56,661 nucleotides of DNA from Gammaproteobacteria bacterium. GTDB lineage: Bacteria > Pseudomonadota > Gammaproteobacteria > Steroidobacterales > Foliamicaceae. The DNA lies in contig RKRP01000139.1 in the NCBI GenBank assembly GCA_007571315.1, forward strand, positions 1-56,661. Reading direction: 5' to 3'. A program made the translations under genes and the position numbers. Of the stretch, positions 30,737-39,384 are shown piece after piece. Numbering within the stretch: the stretch's first letter is position 1; every line of letters starts with the position of its first letter. The notes below the pieces were generated by a model. It ran no database searches and was not told the DNA's origin. It saw only the letters and a program-made list of their open reading frames with translations.

Positions 30737-31518
30737 TTCGCGGCGGCATGAGCGGCTTTGAAAAAGCCGTTGGGCTGTACACGATCGTGCATAAGGAAGC
30801 GCGCCGCATCGTGCGGATCTGGGTGCAGACCATTGTGCCGCCGGCTATCACCATGGCCTTGTACTTCATCATTTTCGGGCAGCTTCGCGAGCGCATCGGT
30901 TCCATGTCCGGCTATGACTACACGCAGTACATCGCCCCGGGTTTGATCCTGATGTCGGTAATCACCAATTCCTACGGCAATGTCGTGTCGTCTTTTTTCG
31001 GCGCCAAGTTTCAGCGGCACCTGGAGGAAATGCTGGTTTCGCCCTTGCCGAACTACATCATCGTGCTGGGACACGCAGCCGGCGGCGTGCTGCGCGGGTT
31101 GATCGTGGGGCTGATCGTAACTCTGGTGGCGATGGCGTTCACCAACGTTGAGGTGCGTTATCCGCTAATCGCGGTGTTCACGCTGTTGTGCACTGCAATC
31201 ACGTTCTCTCTGGGAGGCATGATTAACGCGATTTTCGCCAGGAAGTTCGACGATATCTCGCTGATACCGGCTTTCGTTCTCACTCCGCTAACCTACTTGG
31301 GCGGCGTCTTCTATTCGGTGGAACTGCTGCCTGGCGTGTGGCGCGCGCTAAGCCTGTTCAATCCGATCCTCTACATGATTAATGCTTTCCGCTACGGCAT
31401 GATCGGCGCTACGGACGTGCCGCTAGGCACGGCCTACATCATGATGGGCGTTTTCGTGTTCCTGCTGTTCGGGGTGTGCACGTACCTGATCCACCGGGGC
31501 CTGGGAATCCGCGACTAG
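30724..31518 (+). CDS. ABC-2 type transporter permease (YadH-like)
   Basis: 264 aa with six predicted hydrophobic segments and an N-terminus RRIVRIWVQTIVPPAITMALYFIIFG typical of ABC-2 permeases. Its ATG overlaps the envC-like 3' end by 13 nt. No ATPase gene is adjacent. Confidence 0.8.
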   Translation: MAEVVRGGMSGFEKAVGLYTIVHKEARRIVRIWVQTIVPPAITMALYFIIFGQLRERIGSMSGYDYTQYIAPGLILMSVITNSYGNVVSSFFGAKFQRHLEEMLVSPLPNYIIVLGHAAGGVLRGLIVGLIVTLVAMAFTNVEVRYPLIAVFTLLCTAITFSLGGMINAIFARKFDDISLIPAFVLTPLTYLGGVFYSVELLPGVWRALSLFNPILYMINAFRYGMIGATDVPLGTAYIMMGVFVFLLFGVCTYLIHRGLGIRD

Positions 31519-33264
31519 CGGCAGCGCCGGGATGGCAGCGGCCACCAGCGCGCCGGGGCCGGCGTGGGCGCTAACCACGGCGCCGAGGCCGGTGACGAAG
31601 CTGGATGCCAGATCGGGAATTCCGGTGGCCAGCAGATCGTGCAGCCGCTGTCCCGCTTCCGGACGATTGGCGTGCGCCACGGCCATGCGCAGCGGCTGGC
31701 CCTTGGGGAACCGGCGCAGCGCGTAGCGGGCGAATCGCGCCACCCGGTCGCCGGAACGGCGCTGCGCCCCGCAGGCCTTCACTGCGCCCGCGGGGCTTAT
31801 AGCCAGCAGCGCATCCACCCCCAGCAGATCGCTCAGGCGCTTGATGCCCGGGGAAATTCTTCCGCCCCGGACCCCGTGCGAAAGGTCTTCAATCAGGCCG
31901 AAGGTCCTGGCGCCGGCTGATACGGCCGCCAGGCTCTCAACGATCCGGGCCGCCCCGGCGCCCTGGTTGGCCCATTCGGCCGCATGTTGAAGAATCAGCC
32001 CGTGGCCCACCGACACGTTGGCGCTGTCCACTGCCTGAACCTTGCCGCCGGTGATTTCCGCGGCCACGCTGCGGGCCAGGTCCGCCGTGCCGCTCACCGC
32101 CCCCGCCAGGCTGATCCATACCGACTCCGGGAAATGTCCGCCCAGAAACCCCATTGCGCGTTCCATGTCGCCGCGCGCAGGCGTGGCGGTGCGAGCCTTT
32201 TCGCCGTCGTTCTCCATTGCCCGCCACAACCACTCCGCAGGCAGGCCCAGCTTGTCCAGGTAACCCTTGTCCCCAAGGTGAATGCGCAGCGGTGCTTGGG
32301 TAATCCTGAGTTTCCGCCGCAGATTTGCGGGGATGTCGGCGCCGCTGTCGCAGCCCACCGGCACTCGCGAACTGTTAAGCACGGCAAACTGCACGTGCAT
32401 GTCGTCGGCCTTCTCGCTGCTGACTTCGCCGTGTTTGTGGGCCATGGCGAACACCTCGTGCGGCTTGTCGGTATGGATGTGCAGCCGCACGACGCGGGCG
32501 CCGCCCGCCACCACGATGGAATCGCCCAAAGCGCCAAGCTGCTCGCGTATCGCCGCCGGCGCCAGCGTTTCACCGGCAATCATGCATTCCGTGCAGTAGC
32601 GGCGCTTTGACTCCTCGCCCGGGTCATGGACGCGCGCCGCCGCCGGCAGAGCGCTTGCTTCATTGTCAAAGTCCGCGGCGGCGGCCCCTTCGCCCGTCTT
32701 GACCAGTTCCTCTATGCCAGCCAGGAACTGCGCCAGTCCGGCGCCTCCGGCATCCACCACGCCGGCCCGGCGCAGAACATCCAGTTGCTCGGGCGTTTTT
32801 CGCACTGCCGCCTCGGCCGCCTGCCGCGCCGCCCCCAGCAGCGTTGTGAGCTCGCCCTCCGGCGAAGCATTGAGCGCGCTCAGGCCGACGGCGCTCATTA
32901 CGCTCAAAATGGTTCCCTCGCGCGGATTGCTCAAGCCGTTGCGCGCGGATTCGGCGGCCGCCTTGAGGCCTGCCGCCACTTCCGCAGTGTCCAGCCGCTC
33001 CTTCCCTTCCCAGGCATCCGCGAGACCCTGAAGAAATTGGGCGAGGATGACGCCGGAATTTCCGTGCGCGCCGTAGAGGGCGCCCTTCGCCGCGGCATGC
33101 GCAGCTTCTCCGGCCTTGCGGGAAGGCGACTCGGCGAGCGCCAGGATGACCGCTTGCGCAGTCTGGGCCATGTTCAGGCCGGTGTCGCCGTCGGCCACCG
33201 GAAACACGTTGATGCGGTCCAGTTCCTCGCGGCTGTTCTGCAATTGCCGCATGCCCGCCGTCAT
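31423..33264 (-). CDS. DhaL (DAK2) domain fused to a DegV-like fatty-acid-binding domain (FakA/FakB-like single chain)
   Basis: 613 aa. N-terminus LDRINVFPVADGDTGLNM (DhaL nucleotide-binding motif). The C-terminal ~280 aa follow the DegV pattern (VGCDSGADIP, ATPARGDMERAMGFL, ISLAGAVSGTADLARSVA, VDSANVSVGHGLILQHAA, IEDLSHGVRGGRIS). Confidence 0.75.
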   Translation of the reverse strand: MTAGMRQLQNSREELDRINVFPVADGDTGLNMAQTAQAVILALAESPSRKAGEAAHAAAKGALYGAHGNSGVILAQFLQGLADAWEGKERLDTAEVAAGLKAAAESARNGLSNPREGTILSVMSAVGLSALNASPEGELTTLLGAARQAAEAAVRKTPEQLDVLRRAGVVDAGGAGLAQFLAGIEELVKTGEGAAAADFDNEASALPAAARVHDPGEESKRRYCTECMIAGETLAPAAIREQLGALGDSIVVAGGARVVRLHIHTDKPHEVFAMAHKHGEVSSEKADDMHVQFAVLNSSRVPVGCDSGADIPANLRRKLRITQAPLRIHLGDKGYLDKLGLPAEWLWRAMENDGEKARTATPARGDMERAMGFLGGHFPESVWISLAGAVSGTADLARSVAAEITGGKVQAVDSANVSVGHGLILQHAAEWANQGAGAARIVESLAAVSAGARTFGLIEDLSHGVRGGRISPGIKRLSDLLGVDALLAISPAGAVKACGAQRRSGDRVARFARYALRRFPKGQPLRMAVAHANRPEAGQRLHDLLATGIPDLASSFVTGLGAVVSAHAGPGALVAAAIPALPLVADSQAPVDQVRAHPEQQEHENAHHDVGRA

Positions 33265-33305
33265 GGCGCGCGCCAGCCGCCGGCCGTCCAGATAGCGAAT
33301 GCCGT

Positions 33306-33965
33306 TTACCGTTCCGCTCCCAGGAGTATGCGCTGCCCGCGGTGCGCCAGCGTTACTCCGTCCGGCGTGATCCTCAACACCTGCGGGCCCGCCGCCAACT
33401 TTTCGCCCTGCCGGTAGGTTTTGCCGTTCACTTGCACGAAGCTGCGGTTCTCCTGCTCGCTGAAGAAGACCATTTGCAACGACAGCGCCGGCCAGTCCGG
33501 CGGCGGCGCCATGACCACGTTCCGAGCCGGTTCCGGGACGGAGCGCCGCTCGCCGCTGTCCGGCATGGCAAAGCCGGGCGCCGGGCGCAGGCCGGAGCGG
33601 TCCTGGCGCCGCTTTGGGGAAGCCCCAACCGCGGCCGGCGCGGGATCCTGGAAGGTGTTTTTGTGCTCAACGCCAGCGGCTGGCCTTGAGTCATTTGCAG
33701 GGTTCTCCGCCGGAGGCGCGCCCGGAAGGGGGACGCTGGCGCTTTGCGCGGCAGCGGGCGGAGGCGGAGGGAGCGGTCCTGGCGCGGGGGCCAGCAGCCG
33801 CCATCCCAGGACCGCTAGCGCAGCGATGGCCGGCAAACCCAGCATCACCAGCCATTTTCTTCCTCGGCCGGGGCGCCGGGGCCGGGGCGGATGCGCATAG
33901 ATGCGGCGGCTGAAGCGCGAGCGCCGCTGTTCGGAAACCTTAAGCGCATCAAGAACAAAAGACAT
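33306..33965 (-). CDS. gspB: general secretion pathway protein B (GspB/ExeB-like)
   Basis: Start at MSFVLDALKVSEQRR (typical GspB N-terminus), then a TM segment, a Pro/Ala-rich linker and a C-terminal domain. It lies 4 nt downstream of the ExeA-like gene. Confidence 0.7.
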   Translation of the reverse strand: MSFVLDALKVSEQRRSRFSRRIYAHPPRPRRPGRGRKWLVMLGLPAIAALAVLGWRLLAPAPGPLPPPPPAAAQSASVPLPGAPPAENPANDSRPAAGVEHKNTFQDPAPAAVGASPKRRQDRSGLRPAPGFAMPDSGERRSVPEPARNVVMAPPPDWPALSLQMVFFSEQENRSFVQVNGKTYRQGEKLAAGPQVLRITPDGVTLAHRGQRILLGAER

Positions 33966-33969
33966 GGGT

Positions 33970-34821
33970 TCAGCCCGCGGCGCCGCTCCATGCGGCCCGG
34001 CGGGGGATGCCGCCTCGTCCATAGACTTCGCGCGCGGCCAGCTTCACGAGGTTTCCCCCCACCTCGTTTTCGCGGCGCACAAAGGCGCCGAGCAGCGCCC
34101 GGTCGGCCACTACGTTGATGATCCTCGGGATGCCCCGCGAAATCCGGTGCAGGAGGCGTTTCGCGCGAGAAGAAAAAACGTCGCTGCTGGCGCCGGCCAC
34201 CTTTAGCCGATGCCGCAGGTAATCGCCGGTCTCGGCGCGCGACAAGGGGCCCAGATGGCAGCGCGCCGTAATCCGCTGCGCCAGCTGCCTGAGATCCGGC
34301 CGGGCAAGCGTTTCGTGGAGTTCCGGCTGGCCTGCCAGCACGATCCCCAGCAGCTTGCGCCGCGCCGTTTCCAGATTGGTCAGCCGCCGAACCTGTTCGA
34401 GCAGCTCCGGGTCAAGAGCCTGGGCCTCGTCCACGATCAGCACCGTGCTTCGGCCGGAAGCATAGGTGCGAAGCAACTTGCGGTTAAGAGCCGCTCCCAA
34501 GGTGGACGGATTGGCCGCCCAGCGCGGAGTGCGAACGCGCAACTCGCGGCACAGCGCCTGCAGAAACTCCAGCCGGTTGCCGGGCGGATCGAGAATGATG
34601 GCGGTTTCCGCGCGGTCCGGCAGCCGTTCCAGCAGGCACCGCACCAGCAGGGTCTTGCCCGTGCCCACTTCTCCGGTCAGCTGGGTGAAGCCGCCGTTCT
34701 CGCGCACGCCGTACAGCAGATGAGCCAGCGCTTCCGCATGACGCGCGCTCATGTACAGATAGCGCGGGTCCGGCGTAATGCTGAATGGCCGCTCGCTTAA
34801 GCCGTGAAATTGCTCGTACAT
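33970..34821 (-). CDS. ExeA/GspA-family AAA ATPase
   Basis: 283 aa. MYEQFHGLSERPFSITPDPRYLYMSARHAEALAHLLYG and Walker A GEVGTGKT, the typical ExeA/MshM N-terminal pattern. Confidence 0.82.
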   Translation of the reverse strand: MYEQFHGLSERPFSITPDPRYLYMSARHAEALAHLLYGVRENGGFTQLTGEVGTGKTLLVRCLLERLPDRAETAIILDPPGNRLEFLQALCRELRVRTPRWAANPSTLGAALNRKLLRTYASGRSTVLIVDEAQALDPELLEQVRRLTNLETARRKLLGIVLAGQPELHETLARPDLRQLAQRITARCHLGPLSRAETGDYLRHRLKVAGASSDVFSSRAKRLLHRISRGIPRIINVVADRALLGAFVRRENEVGGNLVKLAAREVYGRGGIPRRAAWSGAAG

Positions 34822-34837
34822 GGCCCGGATTCCGGTG

Positions 34838-35770
34838 TTAGCCGCCGCGGGCGGCTGCTTCCATTGTATCGGCGGCTGAGAACGGAGGCAGGGGCCGCTT
34901 GATAAAGCCAGTGAGCCAGCGCAGGCCGCCGCCGGCGGCTCCGAACGTTTCGCAGGCTTCTTCCATGGCGCCGATAAGTTCCTTCAGGCGCTCGCGCGCT
35001 GCCCGTTCGCCAAAGCGCGCTGCCCATAAGGGAAGCCTGGAGCTTTCGGCCGCGGCCGGCATCCGGGCGCCGGATTTCCGGTCGTTGAAGTCGTCGCGAA
35101 TCTGAAATGCCAACCCGAGCGCGTCGGCAAACCGTTCCAGAGCGTGCCGCAAGCGCCGCGGCGTTTGCGGTTGAACGCACGCCGGGGCCAGCGCCGCGGC
35201 CCGGAAAAGCCCGCCGGTTTTGGCGCGATAGGCATGCTCCAGTTCCGCCTGGTCCGGTTTGGGGCCGCCCCGCATGTCGAGCTCCTGGCCTCCCATCATC
35301 CCGGTGGAGCCCGCGCACTGGGCAAACAGTTCGGCCAGCGCTGCCCGCGCATCGTTGCGGCCGCGAAGCGAAGGATGCGTGGCCAGCACTTCCCAGGCGA
35401 GCGTTTGCAGGCCAGCGCCTACCAACAACGCAGTGTCTTCGCCGTAGATCCGGTGGATCGCGGGGCGCCCGCGGCGCAATTCATCGTCGTCCATGCACGG
35501 CAGGTCGTCATGCACCAGCGAGTAGCAGTGAATCAATTCCACCGCGATTGCCGCCGCGTCCACACGCTCAGCCGGCACTCCGGTTGCTTCGGCGGCCGCG
35601 TAGCACAGCAGTGGCCGCAAACGTTTTCCGCCTCGCAGCACCGCGTCCCTCATGGCGGTGTGCAGCCGCTGCGGAATGATCTCCGCCGCGGGCAGGCAGG
35701 CATCAAGCAAGGCATTTACGCGGGCCTGGCACTCCACCCGGCGCTGCTCGACATTGTTGCTGGTTTCCAT
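34838..35770 (-). CDS. polyprenyl diphosphate synthase (FPP/GGPP synthase family)
   Basis: 310 aa. First Asp-rich motif LVHDDLPCMDDDELRRGRP and second FQIRDDFND. The region after the second motif is divergent. Confidence 0.8.
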   Translation of the reverse strand: METSNNVEQRRVECQARVNALLDACLPAAEIIPQRLHTAMRDAVLRGGKRLRPLLCYAAAEATGVPAERVDAAAIAVELIHCYSLVHDDLPCMDDDELRRGRPAIHRIYGEDTALLVGAGLQTLAWEVLATHPSLRGRNDARAALAELFAQCAGSTGMMGGQELDMRGGPKPDQAELEHAYRAKTGGLFRAAALAPACVQPQTPRRLRHALERFADALGLAFQIRDDFNDRKSGARMPAAAESSRLPLWAARFGERAARERLKELIGAMEEACETFGAAGGGLRWLTGFIKRPLPPFSAADTMEAAARGG

Positions 35771-35896
35771 GCTTGCCGTAATCCGGATGGAAAAACCCGA
35801 TCATTGCGCGGTCGCGCAGGGAATTGGCGCCGCGGCGCCGCTAACGATTCTATCCCGCGCAAGAGCGAGGAAGCATGGCTTCATGCAATATCCGGA

Positions 35897-36838
35897 TCAG
35901 CGGTCTGCGGCAACAGATACGCTCATCCCCTTCACGGCCAGTTCCATATCCAGAGTTTCATAGCCCTGGGCCGCGGCCATTCGGCGCATGCGGGCCAGCG
36001 CCTCAGGGTCGCGGGCCAGCGCCAGCCCGCAATCGCCTCCGCCGGCGCCCGAAGGCTTGTACAGGCAACCGGCGGCGCGCGACATCTCAAGCAGCTCACG
36101 GTGCGGTGCGCTGTAGATCCCCAAACCCGCCGCGCGGTCCAGTTCCTGCCATGCCGCGGCATATTGCGCCAGCGCCTCAAGCGCTTCGCCTGAACCCCGG
36201 CGCCATGCCTTCTGCACGCCCCAGGCTTCTCTCTTTAGCCGCTCGAGCGCGCGCTGCGCTCCGCGCCCCCCCGCTTTCAGCGCCTCTCGATAACGCGCCA
36301 GCGCCCGGCCCGTATCGGCGCTGCGGCCAGACCATATCACCCCGCACGCCAGCGCGTCCGGCCAGGCCAGCCGTTCCACCTGGCCGCGCCGCGCCGCGAT
36401 AACTCCTCCGTACAGGCTCGCGGCCACATCCGCGCCGCTGCCCCCCGGGCCCTGGAGCGAGCGATGCAGGGCGCCCGCCAGGCGCAACTGCTCCATGGCG
36501 CCGGGCAGGGGCCCTTTCGCCGCCAGAAACGCTCCGGTTACGGCAGCGGCCACGGCGGCGCTGGACCCCAGCCCATACTTGGCGCCATCGGCTGCGCAAA
36601 GCGCCCCGCTTTCAATTTCCAACCCTGCGGTTTGAAACGTTTGTTCGCCGCCCCGCGCGCCCAGCAGCCTGACGGCGGCCCGCCGCCAGCGCCCCGCTTG
36701 ATTGCGTTCCCGCGTCCTGCTCCGATGCAGCCGCACCCGAACACGGCGACTTGCCGCGCAAGCAATGGCCGGCGCCCCTTCAAGCACCGCGTATTCGCCG
36801 GAAATGAACAGCTTGCCCGGCGCTGTGGCTTCGATCAA
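35897..36838 (-). CDS. phosphomevalonate kinase-like GHMP kinase
   Basis: 313 aa with a TTG start. APGKLFISGEYAVLEG (PMK-type N-terminus), GHMP motif II YGLGSSAAVAAAV and motif III KPSGAGGGDCG. Somewhat short for the family. Confidence 0.7.
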   Translation of the reverse strand: MIEATAPGKLFISGEYAVLEGAPAIACAASRRVRVRLHRSRTRERNQAGRWRRAAVRLLGARGGEQTFQTAGLEIESGALCAADGAKYGLGSSAAVAAAVTGAFLAAKGPLPGAMEQLRLAGALHRSLQGPGGSGADVAASLYGGVIAARRGQVERLAWPDALACGVIWSGRSADTGRALARYREALKAGGRGAQRALERLKREAWGVQKAWRRGSGEALEALAQYAAAWQELDRAAGLGIYSAPHRELLEMSRAAGCLYKPSGAGGGDCGLALARDPEALARMRRMAAAQGYETLDMELAVKGMSVSVAADR

Positions 36839-36874
36839 CGCGCCCGCCCCCCTGGTGGAAATATGCGGGCCAGG

Positions 36875-37837
36875 CTATGCAAGACGCGCGCCGGCGCCGA
36901 GTTCGGCGGTCAGCACCCGCAGCACTCCAGGCGTCTGCCGCAACGCGCCAGTCACTTCATCGAGAGCTTCAGGCAGGCATACGGCCTTGACCTGCGGTCC
37001 GGCATCCACGGTGAAGAAAACCGGCGACCCCGCGCGCGCAAGCGCCCGTATCCGATGAATGCACTCCACTGTGGCGCCGTTGAAATAAAGCGCCGGCGGG
37101 CGGGCGCTCATCGCGGCGGCGTGCATTTTCAGGCAATTGCGCTCCGACAGTTCGGAGAGCTGCTCAAAGTCCCGTTGTTCGACCGCGCGGCAAGCGTCAT
37201 CAAGATCGGCGTCCTGACCACGCAGCCAGGCGCTGTAGAACGGCGAACTGCGCCGGGTTCGCTCCATTGCGGAACGGGAATCCAGGGCTTTGGCGCCGCC
37301 ATCCGTAACGGCCACCGCCACTTTCAGCGGCCATTCATCCGGCCCCAGCAAGCTCCTGCACCGCCATTCGCCGGCTTCATTGATCGACAGCGCCACGACT
37401 CCGCCAAACAGGGACCGCGGCGCCGAGCCAGATCCCGCCATCGCCGCGCGGGCTACCAATTCGCGGTCGTGGTCCACGCCCAGGGCCGCCGCCGCGCTCA
37501 ATGCCAAAGCCGCCATCCCGGAAGCCGAGGATGCCAGCCCCGCCCCGGTGGGGAAATCGTTTATGGACTCCACCGCCGCGGCATCGGCGTTGCCGGCGCG
37601 TTCCCTGAGAGGCGCCAGACAGTCGCGCACCCGGCCCAGGTCGCGCCTGTTCTCGCGTCCGTTCAGGTTCAGCCGGTCCTCGCCCGCAGCGCTGTCGAGC
37701 CGCACCGTGGTGCGGGTGCTCAAACGCCCCAGCGTGAGTGAAAGGGACCCCGCCGCGGGAAGATTGCCGGCGGCCTTGCGCTTTCCCCAGTACTTGACCA
37801 GCGCCACGTTCGGATGCGCCACGGCGCTGCCCTGCAT
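36875..37837 (-). CDS. mvaD: diphosphomevalonate decarboxylase
   Basis: 320 aa. AHPNVALVKYWGKRK, LPAAGSLSLTL, FPTGAGLASSASG, GSGSAPRS, FTVDAGPQV. Confidence 0.88.
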   Translation of the reverse strand: MQGSAVAHPNVALVKYWGKRKAAGNLPAAGSLSLTLGRLSTRTTVRLDSAAGEDRLNLNGRENRRDLGRVRDCLAPLRERAGNADAAAVESINDFPTGAGLASSASGMAALALSAAAALGVDHDRELVARAAMAGSGSAPRSLFGGVVALSINEAGEWRCRSLLGPDEWPLKVAVAVTDGGAKALDSRSAMERTRRSSPFYSAWLRGQDADLDDACRAVEQRDFEQLSELSERNCLKMHAAAMSARPPALYFNGATVECIHRIRALARAGSPVFFTVDAGPQVKAVCLPEALDEVTGALRQTPGVLRVLTAELGAGARLA

Positions 37838-37905
37838 GCCCCTGCCTCAAAGCGGATTCAACCGCCAGATTCTAGCCCGCCTCAGCAAGAGGCGGCGATA
37901 TCCGG

Positions 37906-39351
37906 TCAAGGGGAGTAGGCGTAGTACTCTACGCCTTCGTCCTGAAACGCTGGGCCGGTTCGCGTGCCGATGCTCTTGATGTAGAAGCCCGCAGGCGGAG
38001 GCAGGGCTTCTGCCGGCAGTCCGGCGTGCAGGGCTTCGTACTGCTCCTGGCGCAAGTCGCAGGATGCCTCGAAAGCCTCGGCGAAGCGAATGCGGCGCGC
38101 TGCTTCCCGCCAGCCGGCTTCGACGCGCAGCGAAAGAGCCTCGGCGGCATCGCCGCTGCCGTAGCCCACCAGCAGCACTTCGCCGCCCTCCCAGTCCTCG
38201 CCCGCGGCGGCGGCTTCCTCAAAACCGCCGGCCATCCAGGCCAGCAGCGCCCCGGAGTAAATGTTCCCCAACTGCATCATGTTGGCATCGCCCCACCGCA
38301 GGGGGCGAAGCACCCGTTGGCCGAATTCCGGGGTTTTGCGCCAGACTTTCGTTAGAGCGTTGCTGAGAGGAAACGGGTCCTGGCTATGCCTGGCGCCGAT
38401 TGGCGCGGGGTGGGCGGCCGATTCGCGCCGCATTTCACCCAGCACTGCGTCCAGCGCCACGCCTGCGGTGTTGCAGAGATCGGCCAGCAGGCGCGAGTTG
38501 CGGCCATTGCTCAAGCCTTCGGCGCACAAGCGGACCAGCGCGTAGGCGTTATGCGGCATGCGCAGGTAGGGCCGATGAAAGAACACCGCGCGCAAGCCTT
38601 CCAGCCACTGCGCGGGCGATACGCCCCGCCGGCCGTACAAGTGCTTCAGCGCGTTGGCCACCTGTTCCAGGTAGCAATAAGTGGAATAAAGCCCGTTGAA
38701 TACGGGGTAGTGCAAGTTTGAGCGAGGCCGCCGTTCGCCGTCCAGCAAGGGCTTGCGGAAATCGGTAATCCGGTAGTCCGAGGCGCGGCCCGTATGCCCG
38801 AGTTCAAGGCTGGCCAGGGCCGGGTTGCGTTCCACCAGCAGCGCCACGGCGCCGGCGCCCTGGGTGGGTTCGCCGCTGCTGCCGCGCGAGTAAAGCGCAA
38901 GATCCGAACAAACCACGATCGCTTTGGTGTCTTCCAGCAAACAATGCCGCACCGCGTTCTTCAAGGCATACACGCCGCCGAGGCAAGCATGTTTTATTTC
39001 CGGCACTTCGCAGTAGCGCGAAAGCGGCGGCAAGCCAAGCTGCCCCAGCCCCTGGTTGAGCATCCCCTTAACGATGATGGCGCCGGCCGAATTGTCGTTG
39101 CTGGACTCGGTTCCCAGCGCCAGGAGCGAGATCGAGCCGGGGTCGATGCCGTAGTTGCGGATCAGCTTCAGCGCCGCATTCGCCGCCATGGTATAGACGC
39201 TTTGCGAGGGGCCGGGAATGCGAAAGGCGTGCCCTATTACTGCGGCGATCTTCGGCCAGGAGGCGCCGGTCCATTCACACCACTTTTCAAGGTCAACCCG
39301 GTACGGCGGCAGGTCCACCGCCACTCCGCTGATTCCAGCGCTGCGCTTCAT
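37906..39351 (-). CDS. mvaS: hydroxymethylglutaryl-CoA synthase family protein (long form)
   Basis: 481 aa from the ATG at 39351 (the track also offers a TTG at 39378). Catalytic-type motifs are present: LGTESSNDNS (Glu), IKHACLGG (Cys) and GEPTQGAGAVALLV. Confidence 0.8.
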   Translation of the reverse strand: MKRSAGISGVAVDLPPYRVDLEKWCEWTGASWPKIAAVIGHAFRIPGPSQSVYTMAANAALKLIRNYGIDPGSISLLALGTESSNDNSAGAIIVKGMLNQGLGQLGLPPLSRYCEVPEIKHACLGGVYALKNAVRHCLLEDTKAIVVCSDLALYSRGSSGEPTQGAGAVALLVERNPALASLELGHTGRASDYRITDFRKPLLDGERRPRSNLHYPVFNGLYSTYCYLEQVANALKHLYGRRGVSPAQWLEGLRAVFFHRPYLRMPHNAYALVRLCAEGLSNGRNSRLLADLCNTAGVALDAVLGEMRRESAAHPAPIGARHSQDPFPLSNALTKVWRKTPEFGQRVLRPLRWGDANMMQLGNIYSGALLAWMAGGFEEAAAAGEDWEGGEVLLVGYGSGDAAEALSLRVEAGWREAARRIRFAEAFEASCDLRQEQYEALHAGLPAEALPPPAGFYIKSIGTRTGPAFQDEGVEYYAYSP

Positions 39352-39384
39352 GATTGCGGCCGGCCCTGGTCCCGGCAAGGAACT

